Positions 20,571-29,479 of a stretch of DNA of 38,701 nt are shown here, in pieces (the stretch's first letter is position 1; the number at the start of each line of letters is the position of its first letter). The translations under genes were made by a program, and so were the position numbers. The stretch is from Candidatus Falkowbacteria bacterium (GTDB lineage: Bacteria > Patescibacteriota > Patescibacteriia > Patescibacteriales > UBA12465): positions 1 through 38,701 of the forward strand of contig JBAXLJ010000004.1 in the NCBI GenBank assembly GCA_037134915.1, given 5' to 3'. The notes beneath the pieces were generated by a model. It did not search any database, was not told where the DNA came from, and worked only from the letters and a program-made list of their open reading frames with translations.

Positions 20571-20996
20571 ATGGTTAACCGTTCTTATGGCCTTAGTCCG
20601 GCCGATAGAAGACAAAGCAATCAGCCTTTTTGGCAACGCTTTTTTATGAGTCAGCGTTTTTTGGCTATCGTTTTTTTGTTGATTATTGTTGCCATTTCCT
20701 TTCCTTTGGTGCGTAGTACTAGTCAGCGGAAAATGATTGAGCAGGAAATCTCTGATATCAAAAAAGATAACGAAGCTTATCGTAACAAGAGTCAGGATTT
20801 GAAGAATATGATTGATTATTTACAATCAGATATTTCTCTTGAGGAGCAAGCTAGGCTTAATTTAGGACTTAAAAAACCTAATGAAGCCGTGATTGTCATT
20901 AACCAGGTTAAGAGCACAGAGGTGGCTAGTTCAACTGTTCCTGAGGAAAGTCGCGTGACTAATTGGCGTTTATGGCTACATTATTTTTTCAAATAA
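20571..20996 (+). CDS. Septum formation initiator (FtsB/DivIC-like)
   Basis: TM helix, coiled coil and EEQARLNLGLKKPNE motif. Confidence 0.85.
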   Translation: MVNRSYGLSPADRRQSNQPFWQRFFMSQRFLAIVFLLIIVAISFPLVRSTSQRKMIEQEISDIKKDNEAYRNKSQDLKNMIDYLQSDISLEEQARLNLGLKKPNEAVIVINQVKSTEVASSTVPEESRVTNWRLWLHYFFK

Positions 20997-21030
20997 AAAA
21001 ACCAAGTCTTTTTTAGGAACTTGGTTTTTT
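20996..21030. terminator. Bidirectional terminator between the FtsB-like gene and the tRNAs
   Basis: AAAAAACCAAGT/ACTTGGTTTTTT. Confidence 0.8.
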
Positions 21031-21033
21031 ATA

Positions 21034-21109
21034 TGGAGCCGAGAATGGGAGTCGAACCCACGACCTACACGTTACGAGTGTGTTGCTCTACCAACTGAGC
21101 TATCTCGGC
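21034..21109 (-). tRNA. tRNA-Thr(CGU), CCA encoded
   Basis: Reverse complement GCCGAGATAGCTCAGTTGGTAGAGC...CT-CGT-AA...GGTTCGACTCCC..CTCGGCTCCA forms a cloverleaf. Confidence 0.95.
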
Positions 21110-21122
21110 AATTGTATCTTAG

Positions 21123-21194
21123 AGCGGGTAAGCAGAATCGAACTGCCATCTTCAGCTTGGGAAGCTGACATAATAACCACTATACGATACCCGC
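21123..21194 (-). tRNA. tRNA-Gly(CCC), CCA not encoded
   Basis: Reverse complement GCGGGTATCGTATAGTGG...TCAGC-TTCCCAA-GCTGA...GTTCGATTC..ACCCGCT. Confidence 0.95.
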
Positions 21195-21215
21195 TAACTT
21201 ATTTTAATCCTTCTA

Positions 21216-21245
21216 ATTATAGGTGTAACACCTGATTAAAGTCAA
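21216..21245 (-). promoter_or_regulatory. sigma70 promoter for tRNA-Gly/Thr
   Basis: TTGACT-18bp-TATAAT on the minus strand. Confidence 0.75.
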
Positions 21246-21249
21246 CAAA

Positions 21250-22713
21250 ATGAAAAAATCTATCTACAAAATAATCGCTATTTCTTTATTTGTTAGTATT
21301 TTTAGTTTGCAAACTGTTCGAGCGGCCGATTCTTCGCCAGTCCAGTCTAAACTTCCGGTTCAGGCCACTGTTCTCGAGGCGGTAGTAACCCCACCTTGGG
21401 ATTATGAGGCTCTAACTCCGATGTATCAGATTAGTTTGGATCCGGGACAACTAAATAAAGGTAAAACTTTTTCAGCGGACATCTATTATTCAAAAACTAA
21501 CAACAACTATAAAAAAGTTTTTTATTTTGATTCCAAGAAAAATGTTTGGCAACCGCTACCCACCAAGGATGATCCTAAAAATAAAAAAGTAAGCGTGGAA
21601 ATTCCTTTTTCAGATGTCCGTTTGGCTGTTTTTGCTTCAAGTAATATTTTAACCGTCGGTCGAGCCAGTTGGTATACTCACAAGAATGGTTTATTTGCCG
21701 CTTCACCGGATTTTGCTAAAGGTAGTGTTTTGCGAGTTTATAATTTAGCTAACGGAAAATTTGTCGATGTAACAATTAATGACTATGGCCCAGAAAGAAA
21801 TACTCATCCTGACCGAGTAGTTGATTTAGATAAAGTAGCGTTTAAAAAGATCGCGGCTCTAGGGGCGGGAACTATTAATGTTAAAATTGAAATCATTAAA
21901 TCGGTTAGTCCTAATTTAAATCAAGCGCTGTCTCCGGCGACCGAACCAGTAATCTCCGCTTCAGCGGCGGTGATTATGAGTGAAACCAGTGGCAAAATAT
22001 TATGGAACAAAAATGGCGAGCAAGTTTCTCCGCTCGCTAGCTTAACTAAAATTATCGCTGCTCAAGTATTTTTAGACACTAAACCAACTTTAAGTCGGGT
22101 GGTAGTTTATAAGAAACAAGATGAGGATTATAACTATAAATATTGTAAGCCAGGAGAGTCCGCTAAATTGAAGGTTAAAGACGGTGAGACAATGACACTT
22201 TCCGATTTGCTCTACGCCGCTCTAGTCGGCTCAGCTAATAATGCCGTAGAGTCGTTAGTTAGAAATAGTGGCTTAACTCGTGACGAATTTATTTCCAGGA
22301 TGAATGATAAAGTAGTTTCTTGGGGAGCCACCTCAACTTCGTTTATTGAACCCACGGGACTTTCCGAAAAAAATGTGAGTTCTCCGCATGACTATGCTAT
22401 AATAGCTAGAGGAGCTTATGCTAATCCGATTATTAAGAAAATCAGTACTACGTCGAGTTATTCTTTTTCAACCGTTAACACTAAAGTAAAACATACTATT
22501 AAGAATACTGATAAGTTAATCGCCGCTAATAAATTTAACATTATTGGCTCTAAGACAGGATACTTGAATGAAGCTGGTTATTGTTTAATGACCAGAATAA
22601 AAACTAATAACGGTAATCTAATCGTTGTTAATTTTAATTCTAGCAGTAAGGCTAATAATTTTTTAGACAATGAAAAATTAATTAGCTACGGAATGAAAAT
22701 TTTAAAAAAATAG
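21250..22713 (+). CDS. Secreted RlpA-like (DPBB) domain fused to D-Ala-D-Ala carboxypeptidase (peptidase S11)
   Basis: Signal peptide; GRASWY..INDYGP..VDL (RlpA); ASLTK (SxxK), SAN (SxN) and KTG. Confidence 0.85.
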   Translation: MKKSIYKIIAISLFVSIFSLQTVRAADSSPVQSKLPVQATVLEAVVTPPWDYEALTPMYQISLDPGQLNKGKTFSADIYYSKTNNNYKKVFYFDSKKNVWQPLPTKDDPKNKKVSVEIPFSDVRLAVFASSNILTVGRASWYTHKNGLFAASPDFAKGSVLRVYNLANGKFVDVTINDYGPERNTHPDRVVDLDKVAFKKIAALGAGTINVKIEIIKSVSPNLNQALSPATEPVISASAAVIMSETSGKILWNKNGEQVSPLASLTKIIAAQVFLDTKPTLSRVVVYKKQDEDYNYKYCKPGESAKLKVKDGETMTLSDLLYAALVGSANNAVESLVRNSGLTRDEFISRMNDKVVSWGATSTSFIEPTGLSEKNVSSPHDYAIIARGAYANPIIKKISTTSSYSFSTVNTKVKHTIKNTDKLIAANKFNIIGSKTGYLNEAGYCLMTRIKTNNGNLIVVNFNSSSKANNFLDNEKLISYGMKILKK

Positions 22714-22716
22714 GAT

Positions 22717-23397
22717 ATGATAAAATTTCAAAACGTTTCCAAGTCATACGCAAATAAGATAAAAATTTTACGCGGAATTAATTTACACGTTAAAGTGGGC
22801 GAGTTTGTTTCGATTGTTGGTCAATCCGGAGCTGGAAAAACTACTTTAGTTAAAGTTCTAATCGGCGAAGAACGGGTTAGCGAGGGGCAAATTGTCATTG
22901 GTGATTGGGATATTACTAAAATCCGCCGTCATGATGTGCCTTTTCTGCGCCGTCAGATTGGTGTTATTTTTCAAGATTTCAAATTATTACCTAAAAAAAC
23001 TTTAAAAGAAAACATTTCTTTTGCTCTAGAGGTTTGTGGTGCCCCATCGGCCAAAATAAAAAAAATTGTGCCGAGTGTTTTAAAAATCGTTGGTTTAGAG
23101 GACAAGGGTGATAGGTACCCACGTGAAGTGTCTGGTGGCGAACAACAAAGAGCGGCTATTGCTAGAGCACTGGTTCATCAACCAAAAATATTATTAGCTG
23201 ATGAGCCGACTGGAAATTTAGATGCGATTAATGCTGATGAAATTATTGATTTACTTCTGAGAATCAATAAGTTTGGTACCACTGTAATTTTAGTAACTCA
23301 TAATAAGGATATTGTTAATCGTTTAAATCGCCGTGTAGTGACTATGGATAAAGGCGTTATTATCAGCGACAAAGAACACGGTAAATATTTGCTCTAA
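22717..23397 (+). CDS. ftsE: Cell division ATP-binding protein FtsE
   Basis: GQSGAGKT, LRRQIGVIFQDFKLL, SGGEQQR and ADEPTGNLD. Confidence 0.95.
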   Translation: MIKFQNVSKSYANKIKILRGINLHVKVGEFVSIVGQSGAGKTTLVKVLIGEERVSEGQIVIGDWDITKIRRHDVPFLRRQIGVIFQDFKLLPKKTLKENISFALEVCGAPSAKIKKIVPSVLKIVGLEDKGDRYPREVSGGEQQRAAIARALVHQPKILLADEPTGNLDAINADEIIDLLLRINKFGTTVILVTHNKDIVNRLNRRVVTMDKGVIISDKEHGKYLL

Positions 23398-23420
23398 GCT
23401 ATATAAATTAAGAATTTTTT

Positions 23421-24329
23421 ATGCTTTCTTTCTTACGCATCATCAAATTTAGTTTTCAAGATATCGTTCGTAACATCTGGTTGTCTATCGTTACGATTAC
23501 GATTCTGATTCTAGCCCTTTTTTCAATTAACATGTTGTTGACGGTAAAACTGGTTAGTCAAAATGCGGTTGAGGCTGTTAAGGAAAAAATAAATATCAGT
23601 TTGTATTTTAACGCCGACGCTTCTGAGGCCACCATTTTGGATGTTCGTCAGAAAGTGGAAGCGATGCCGGATGTTAAAGAAGCAGTTTTTATTTCCAAAA
23701 ATGCCGCTTTAGAGAATTTCAGAAACAATAATAAGAATAATCCGGAAATTCTTAATGCCTTAAAAGAATTAGGCAAAAATCCTTTGTCGCCTTCACTGAT
23801 TATCACCCCTAAAGATTTTGATAACTCCTCTAGATTAATTACTTCTTTAAAAGTGCTAGAAAGTGACGCAATTGAGTCTCGAGATTTTTCAGATAACTCT
23901 ACTATTTTAGAAAAAATAAATTTTATCACCGCCAGAGTTAATGAGATTGGTTTATTTTTAATTTTAATTTTTGTTTTAACCAGCTTATTGGTGGTCTATA
24001 ACGCCATTCGAGTGGCTATTTATACTCATCGGCAGGAGATTGAAATTATGAGGCTAGTGGGCGCCTCTAACTTCTTCATCTATATGCCTTATTTGTTCTC
24101 AGCTTTTATTTATGCTTTGGTTTCCATCTTTATTATTATTATTTCTTTTTATCCATTTTTGACTATTCTACAACCCTATCTGGAGGTGTTCTTTACCGGC
24201 TATAGTGTTAATATTTTAACTTACTATGTGAACAATTTTGGGACCATATTTGGCTTGCAATTCTTAGCAGTTTTTGGAATTACTTTGATTGCCAGCTTAC
24301 TAGCAGCCAGAAAATACGCTAAGGTTTAA
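23421..24329 (+). CDS. ftsX: Cell division permease FtsX
   Basis: 4-TM layout, NPL and EIEIMRLVGAS motifs; follows ftsE. Confidence 0.93.
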   Translation: MLSFLRIIKFSFQDIVRNIWLSIVTITILILALFSINMLLTVKLVSQNAVEAVKEKINISLYFNADASEATILDVRQKVEAMPDVKEAVFISKNAALENFRNNNKNNPEILNALKELGKNPLSPSLIITPKDFDNSSRLITSLKVLESDAIESRDFSDNSTILEKINFITARVNEIGLFLILIFVLTSLLVVYNAIRVAIYTHRQEIEIMRLVGASNFFIYMPYLFSAFIYALVSIFIIIISFYPFLTILQPYLEVFFTGYSVNILTYYVNNFGTIFGLQFLAVFGITLIASLLAARKYAKV

Positions 24330-24335
24330 GCTCGT

Positions 24336-24364
24336 TTGACTTGTTATAAAAAATGCCATATTAT
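24336..24364 (+). promoter_or_regulatory. sigma70 promoter for tRNA-Gln
   Basis: TTGACT-17bp-TATTAT. Confidence 0.7.
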
Positions 24365-24404
24365 AAAGGCAGTTTTCTAAACTGTCTTTTAATTAAGATA
24401 ATAT

Positions 24405-24475
24405 TCGGGGATCGTCTAATGGTAGGACAGCGGCCTTTGAAGCCGTCGATCTAGGTTCGAATCCTGGTCCCCGAG
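24405..24475 (+). tRNA. tRNA-Gln(UUG), CCA not encoded; anchor of the cassette array
   Basis: TCGGGGA/TCCCCGA acceptor stem, GCGGC-CTTTGAA-GCCGT anticodon arm and GGTTCGAATCC T-arm. Confidence 0.96.
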
Positions 24476-24480
24476 CAAAT

Positions 24481-24513
24481 AAAAAATAACGCTAATTTTA
24501 GCGTTATTTTTTT
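24481..24513 (+). terminator. tRNA-Gln terminator
   Basis: AAAAAATAACGCTAA/TTAGCGTTATTTTTTT. Confidence 0.85.
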
Positions 24514-24650
24514 ATATAATTTTTGACAACCCGAACCAATTTTAATATATATTAAAATCAAACTTTATTTAATTGACACAATGACTTACTTGGTGCTAAT
24601 TTTTGTTTATAAAATAGTAATATTAACAAATTAATATAGGAGGAATAATA

Positions 24651-26408
24651 ATGAAACAAGGAATTTTTGAAGTTTTTAGTTTTGGAGATCTTGGACTGAA
24701 AGCTAACGATTTAAATCGTTACTCTAACCTAATTACTGGTCTAGACATGATAATTCCAGAAGGGGTTGTAATTGCGACTGGTATTTTTGATCTGTTGCTG
24801 GAAAGAATTGACTTTGAAAAACCAGTTGAAGAAATTAAAAAAAATGCTTGTCCGATTTTTCTGCGTCCTATCAATGAAAATATTTTAGATAATTTGGAAA
24901 TCGGTGTTCCTTATGCTATTCGTTCTTCGGCTCTTTCAGAACGTGGTGGAACTGGTATTTATAAAACGGTATTTTTGGTACTAACTGGAAACAGGGAAAC
25001 TGATTTACTAAATCTTTGGCATTGTGAACTATTAGTTTATGCCAGTGAGTTTACCGGTGATGCTAAAGCGTGGAGAGCGAAAGATAATGCTCCAATTGGT
25101 ATGGCTATTCTTATTCAACAAGTTATTGGTTTTAATCTTGATAGTAATTTCTTGCCACCACTGTCTGGGACTGCTTATACTTCATATAACGGTTTGCCAA
25201 CAGTTAGAGCCGTCATTGGTCTAGGAACTAAAGCCGTGGATGGTAGTGGTCTTATATTTAATTATTCGCCAGAAGAGTGGCTTCATTTTCAAAGAGAAAT
25301 GTGGGATCAAGAATTTGCCGATGCTATTTCCGCGGAAAGTGCAATATCTAAAATTAATACTCATTATGAAGATATTCAAAGTAGGGTTTTTTATCAATTC
25401 GAAACATTTATAAGTCTGTTTGATAAATTAACTGAGCTTAAAAAAGAAGGTGAATTTTATTTGGAATGGGTGATTTTTGAGAACAAAATTTATATTGTTC
25501 AATGTGCCTCTTTTGAAGATCGTCTTCCTGGAGATGTCACCTTTAACAATACCGATTACTTCCTTCTTCTTAGTGGAGGGGATGTTTTAAATTCTGGTAA
25601 TGCCACGTGTAAATGTATTGTTTACGCTCATGAGTGGACACCAGATGTATCTCGATCAATAGAGGATTTAAACAGAACTAATTTAGACTATCTTTTAGTT
25701 GTTCCTCAAGATGCCCTGTCACTCGTTGCTGATATTAATAACCCAGGGCAGAGACTTGCTTTCCGACATTTTAGCAATGCTCTGGCCGTCGTAGAAAAAC
25801 AAAGGACTTATTCTCAGAATCAAGTTGCTATGATGTTACAGCTTGGCAAAAGCTTGGCTGACCATTCTTTTGGAACGGGTGCTTCTCATTTTTCCCAGCT
25901 TTGTAATAGGGCAAAAACCCTCTTTATTGGAGGAGAATTTGATGAAACACCTTTGTTTACTTTGCCAGGTGGAATGAGCTATCGCGATAACATTGGTATA
26001 ACTATTTGGAATACCACCGCAGAGGTGGTAGTTAATGCTGTTAAAAAGGAAGGCTTTGTTTATATTTCCAAGAAGTCTAAGAAAAATAATTACTCTCTTA
26101 GTGAAATAAAAATTTGGACTAATCTGTTAAGACAAGCAGCTAGCGTTCTTGAATCAGAAAAATCATTAATGGCCAATGATTTTTATGTCATTCATTATGC
26201 TATTATTCCACCAATGAATTTAACTGAATTTGATCCTTTAAAAGTAGATCAAGAAATTATTGAAGAGTTTGGTGGTATGCCTGAAATTATTAGGAGCTTG
26301 CAATTTGTAATTACGAATGGAAGAACATATATCGACTTTTATACTTGGAGCAATGGTTTAAAGGTCTATCTTGAAGAATTGCTTTTGAGTCTTACTCAGA
26401 GTAAATAA
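24651..26408 (+). CDS. Cassette 1: PEP/pyruvate-binding (PPDK_N ATP-grasp)-like protein
   Basis: AIRSSALSE, GIYKT, MAILIQQ, SGTAYT, GLGTKAVDG and EWVI..IYIVQC motifs; AGGAGG RBS; TTGACA at 24573. Confidence 0.75.
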   Translation: MKQGIFEVFSFGDLGLKANDLNRYSNLITGLDMIIPEGVVIATGIFDLLLERIDFEKPVEEIKKNACPIFLRPINENILDNLEIGVPYAIRSSALSERGGTGIYKTVFLVLTGNRETDLLNLWHCELLVYASEFTGDAKAWRAKDNAPIGMAILIQQVIGFNLDSNFLPPLSGTAYTSYNGLPTVRAVIGLGTKAVDGSGLIFNYSPEEWLHFQREMWDQEFADAISAESAISKINTHYEDIQSRVFYQFETFISLFDKLTELKKEGEFYLEWVIFENKIYIVQCASFEDRLPGDVTFNNTDYFLLLSGGDVLNSGNATCKCIVYAHEWTPDVSRSIEDLNRTNLDYLLVVPQDALSLVADINNPGQRLAFRHFSNALAVVEKQRTYSQNQVAMMLQLGKSLADHSFGTGASHFSQLCNRAKTLFIGGEFDETPLFTLPGGMSYRDNIGITIWNTTAEVVVNAVKKEGFVYISKKSKKNNYSLSEIKIWTNLLRQAASVLESEKSLMANDFYVIHYAIIPPMNLTEFDPLKVDQEIIEEFGGMPEIIRSLQFVITNGRTYIDFYTWSNGLKVYLEELLLSLTQSK

Positions 26409-26422
26409 CCTTATTAAATTAG

Positions 26423-26454
26423 AACTGCCGTTGATAATAATGGCAGTTTTTTTT
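26423..26454 (+). terminator. Cassette 1 terminator
   Basis: AACTGCC...GGCAGTT followed by a T-run. Confidence 0.8.
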
Positions 26455-26501
26455 ATTTATCAAATTTGGGTACAAAAACATTACTATTTAAAACAAAATA
26501 A

Positions 26502-26529
26502 GTTCGCATTTCCTCCTTTAACCCGAGCA
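26502..26529 (+). repeat. Array repeat R1 (most divergent)
   Basis: GTTCGCATTTCCTCCTTTAACCCGAGCA, same length and flanks as the other repeats; TTGACA at 26533. Confidence 0.7.
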
Positions 26530-26602
26530 GTATTGACAAAAAGTATGCCTTATGGTATACTTTTTGTTGTAAAAGAACTTTAAAAATTCACAAGATAAAT
26601 TT

Positions 26603-26702
26603 GTCACAGCCAAAAGATGGCTAATATTTAGCCATTTCCTGACTGTGACCAATGATGGCCATAGTTCCCACTTACGGACAGTAAGTACAAACTGGGCTAT
26701 CA
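26603..26702 (+). ncRNA. Candidate structured 5' leader RNA (two long hairpins)
   Basis: Pairings GTCACAG/CTGTGAC enclosing ATGGCTAA/TTAGCCAT, and TGATGGCC/GGCTATCA enclosing ACTTAC/GTAAGT. Confidence 0.45.
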
Positions 26703-26721
26703 GCTCATAATAATTTAAGTC

Positions 26722-27330
26722 ATGAAGTATAATAAAGTAAGTTTCGGAACTTCCGAAGCAGTTTTCAACAAATTAGGCGGGGAGCGAGGAATAACAGATT
26801 TTCTCTCGGGAAAAACGCAGGTGGTAAAATCAGACAAAAACTTTCCAACACTGATGACCATAGAAGTGGGATTATATGACGAAAATGATTTGATTAAAAT
26901 TATCAAAAAAGATAAAAAGATCAAAACTGATGAATCAAATAATATACTTGATTGGCCGCCATTGTTTGATTTTGACGAAAGGACAAGTCTTGAACTCGTT
27001 GTTGTTACTCCGGAAGAACTTGGTTTTGAGCCAATGTTTGAATCTTGTGCTAATTATGAAAATATTTGCGAAAGAGCAAATAGATATGGGTTAGATGAAT
27101 GTCCTTCTGAACTCGGAATGTTACTATCTTTGCCACAATATGGATTAAAAAATAAATTTTATATTGTAGCATCTAAAATTTTAAGGGATCAGAAAGGGAA
27201 AAAACATTTATTAGTTCCATGGTTTGAAGAAGATGGTAAATGTGAACTTAAGGCATGGGAAGTTGAACAAGGTAAAAGCTTCCATACAGGTTTTCATTTT
27301 ATATTTGTTCGACATAACGTTCAAATTTAA
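26722..27330 (+). CDS. Cassette 2: hypothetical protein
   Basis: 202-aa ORF between promoter and terminator (GGCTGTTAGT/ACTAACAGCC-T6, 27349-27380). Confidence 0.8.
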   Translation: MKYNKVSFGTSEAVFNKLGGERGITDFLSGKTQVVKSDKNFPTLMTIEVGLYDENDLIKIIKKDKKIKTDESNNILDWPPLFDFDERTSLELVVVTPEELGFEPMFESCANYENICERANRYGLDECPSELGMLLSLPQYGLKNKFYIVASKILRDQKGKKHLLVPWFEEDGKCELKAWEVEQGKSFHTGFHFIFVRHNVQI

Positions 27331-27391
27331 AAGATTTATTATTCATTTGGCTGTTAGTTTTATTACTAACAGCCTTTTTTCTTACAAAAAA

Positions 27392-27419
27392 GTTCCAATC
27401 TTATCCCGGTCTCCGAGCA
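27392..27419 (+). repeat. Array repeat R2
   Basis: GTTCCAATCTTATCCCGGTCTCCGAGCA; TTGACA at 27422. Confidence 0.95.
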
Positions 27420-27497
27420 CGTTGACAAAAAACATACCTTGTGGTATGTTTTTTGATAGTTAAACATATTGTAGAACTTTAAAAAATAAATAAAACC

Positions 27498-27671
27498 ATG
27501 GACGCTTTTTTAAATTTTTTAGATTTGCATCACGCAATTATCATCGCAGTTTTGTTTGGATTACAAGGATTTGCTTTAATTATGCAGGGTATTTACCTTA
27601 TTCAGTTTGGAAGACTCTTAAAAAAACCAAAGAAATATCTTCATTCTAAACAAATTTTACGAACATGGTAA
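27498..27671 (+). CDS. Cassette 3: 57-aa membrane peptide (absent from the ORF track)
   Basis: MDAFLNFLDLHHAIIIAVLFGLQGFALIMQGIYLIQFGRLLKKPKKYLHSKQILRTW. Lies between the cassette promoter and a GCAA-loop terminator (27718-27749). Confidence 0.65.
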   Translation: MDAFLNFLDLHHAIIIAVLFGLQGFALIMQGIYLIQFGRLLKKPKKYLHSKQILRTW

Positions 27672-27760
27672 TTCGTAAAAATTTATTTAAAAGAATTCTA
27701 ATGACAAAAATCTATCCAAAGGGCTTGGTTGCAAAATCAAGTCTTTTTTCTTACAGAAAA

Positions 27761-27788
27761 GTTCCAATCTTATCCCAGTCCCCGAGTA
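27761..27788 (+). repeat. Array repeat R3
   Basis: GTTCCAATCTTATCCCAGTCCCCGAGTA; TTGACA at 27791. Confidence 0.95.
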
Positions 27789-27871
27789 CGTTGACAAAAT
27801 AGCACATTTGGTGCTATTTTTGTTTTATTAAATGGTAATATTAACAATTTAAAGTACAGGAGGATATAATT

Positions 27872-28072
27872 ATGGCAAAACCAGTTGTTAAAAGTTTTAA
27901 CGAAATTGTAGTAAATTTGGAATGGCTTCGTGAAGTTGTTGAGATGGTAGACAGAAAGTCGTATTCTTGTGGTGGTCTATGCACTTGCGTGAACGGTCAA
28001 GATGCAATGAACAAGCTAACATCAAAAATATTGACAATGGATGTTGATGAGCTTAAAAAAGAGGCTCGTTAA
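27872..28072 (+). CDS. Cassette 4: 66-aa hypothetical protein
   Basis: AGGAGG RBS, CGGLCTC cluster and terminator at 28090-28115. Confidence 0.75.
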   Translation: MAKPVVKSFNEIVVNLEWLREVVEMVDRKSYSCGGLCTCVNGQDAMNKLTSKILTMDVDELKKEAR

Positions 28073-28126
28073 CGTCTAAGTTTAGTAAGAAGTGAATCAG
28101 ACGATTCACTTTTTTATTACAAAAAA

Positions 28127-28154
28127 GTTCCAATCTTATCCCAGTCTCCGAGCA
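28127..28154 (+). repeat. Array repeat R4
   Basis: GTTCCAATCTTATCCCAGTCTCCGAGCA, followed by hairpin AAACAGCCCT/AGGGCTGTTTTT (28160-28186). Confidence 0.95.
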
Positions 28155-28248
28155 GTTTTAAACAGCCCTTTTTCAGGGCTGTTTTTAATAGGTGGTTTAT
28201 GACTTTGGAGCTGTATGTTATAATCAAATAACATTTAAACAACAATTT

Positions 28249-28698
28249 ATGTATAATCCAATAAAAAATAACTTAATTATTGAGTTGCACGTCCCCGATT
28301 TAGACTTGGTAAAATCTTTTTATTCAAAACTGGGTTTTAAGATTTCCTTGGACGACAATCTCGACGAGAAAAATCTTGGTTATTTAACTATGACCAGGGA
28401 AGATAGTCTGGGAAATACTATGCTTAATTTTTATGGTGGAGACAAAAGAATTTACGACCAATCATTTTTTAAGAAATTCCCTCAAGACACAAATAGAGGT
28501 TATGCCACGGAAATAACTATAACTACTAGCGATATTGATAGATTATATAAAGTTGCTTCCGAAAATTTAAAAACCAACATAGTTCGTGATTTAAAAGAGT
28601 TAGAAGACCATGGCCATATTTGGAAAGATTTTCGCATGGTGGACCCATTTGGTTTTTATATAAGGTTTACAGAGCTAATTGATTGGGGGCAAAAGTAA
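28249..28698 (+). CDS. Cassette 5: VOC/glyoxalase-bleomycin resistance family protein (ATG 28249)
   Basis: IELHVPDLD...FYSKLGF and DFRMVDPFGFYIRF motifs; TGtTATAAT upstream. Confidence 0.85.
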   Translation: MYNPIKNNLIIELHVPDLDLVKSFYSKLGFKISLDDNLDEKNLGYLTMTREDSLGNTMLNFYGGDKRIYDQSFFKKFPQDTNRGYATEITITTSDIDRLYKVASENLKTNIVRDLKELEDHGHIWKDFRMVDPFGFYIRFTELIDWGQK

Positions 28699-28702
28699 GC
28701 TT

Positions 28703-28730
28703 GTTCCAATTTTATCCCGGTTTCCGAGCA
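28703..28730 (+). repeat. Array repeat R5
   Basis: GTTCCAATTTTATCCCGGTTTCCGAGCA, 4 bp after the VOC stop; TTGACA at 28734. Confidence 0.95.
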
Positions 28731-28812
28731 ATGTTGACAAAAAATATACTAATGAGGTATATTTTTTTATTGATCTTTAAAATACATTATTTAATTCTAA
28801 AACATTATATAA

Positions 28813-29421
28813 ATGGAAGATGATAAAAAGGATGTTTCTGAAATCCTAAATAAGCATAAAGCGCTCATGATTAAAAATGGTATGGCCGAGGAGGCAGCCG
28901 AAGAAATTCTAGTTTCATTTAAGGCTAGATTAGAAATCATTCCGCCTAATTATCCAATACCAAAGTGCAGCGATTCGGTATATAATGACCCAGTTCTGGA
29001 CTGGATTAATCAATATGCTTTATCGTCCGCAACAGCAAATAGACAGTATACAGTTTTTACTTCTGTTGAAGATTTAAAAAAGGTAGTTGAATGTGGACTA
29101 GGGAAAAAATGTTATGTCCGTGATTACTCTGGTTATCTCGTTCAAGATGGTACAATTTTCTTTATTTTTGTTTATTGTGCAGATTTTAAACAGATGAACA
29201 ATCAGAGCTATAAAATTATTTTTTCATCTTCCCAGCAATCTCAGGACATATTTATCCAAGGTCAAGCATTCAGTGGTTCATATTTTGTTGATGTCGATGC
29301 AATTAGATTGAATAAATTTTTAAAAGTAAAAGAGCTTATTATTGATGATTTTGATTTTGATTTTGAGGTTAGAAAATCATGGGAAGAAGCGTTGATGATA
29401 TTTAGGAGTTTATTTGTTTAA
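28813..29421 (+). CDS. Cassette 6: hypothetical protein
   Basis: 202-aa ORF; terminator GGTCGC/GCGACC-T6 at 29436-29465. Confidence 0.8.
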   Translation: MEDDKKDVSEILNKHKALMIKNGMAEEAAEEILVSFKARLEIIPPNYPIPKCSDSVYNDPVLDWINQYALSSATANRQYTVFTSVEDLKKVVECGLGKKCYVRDYSGYLVQDGTIFFIFVYCADFKQMNNQSYKIIFSSSQQSQDIFIQGQAFSGSYFVDVDAIRLNKFLKVKELIIDDFDFDFEVRKSWEEALMIFRSLFV

Positions 29422-29479
29422 GCATGAGTTCTTATGGTCGCCGAATTAAGTAAGCGACCTTTTTTATTATCCAAAAACC

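Noticed and set aside
6-23929. Alternate-frame and antisense ORFs inside core genes (e.g. 6-281, 4402-4752, 11016-11522, 17225-17533)
   Set aside because: Shadow ORFs of well-supported genes, with no motifs of their own.
26501-26529. Xer dif/pdif sites (28 bp; R1 begins AGTTCGCAT like a XerC arm)
   Set aside because: No TTATGTTAAAT-like XerD arm in any copy; similarity to the tRNA 3' end explains the repeats better.
27224-27463. ORF-track ORFs 27224-27463(+), 29489-29683(-) and 26715-26924(-)
   Set aside because: They overlap real genes or run through repeat/promoter elements; likely spurious.
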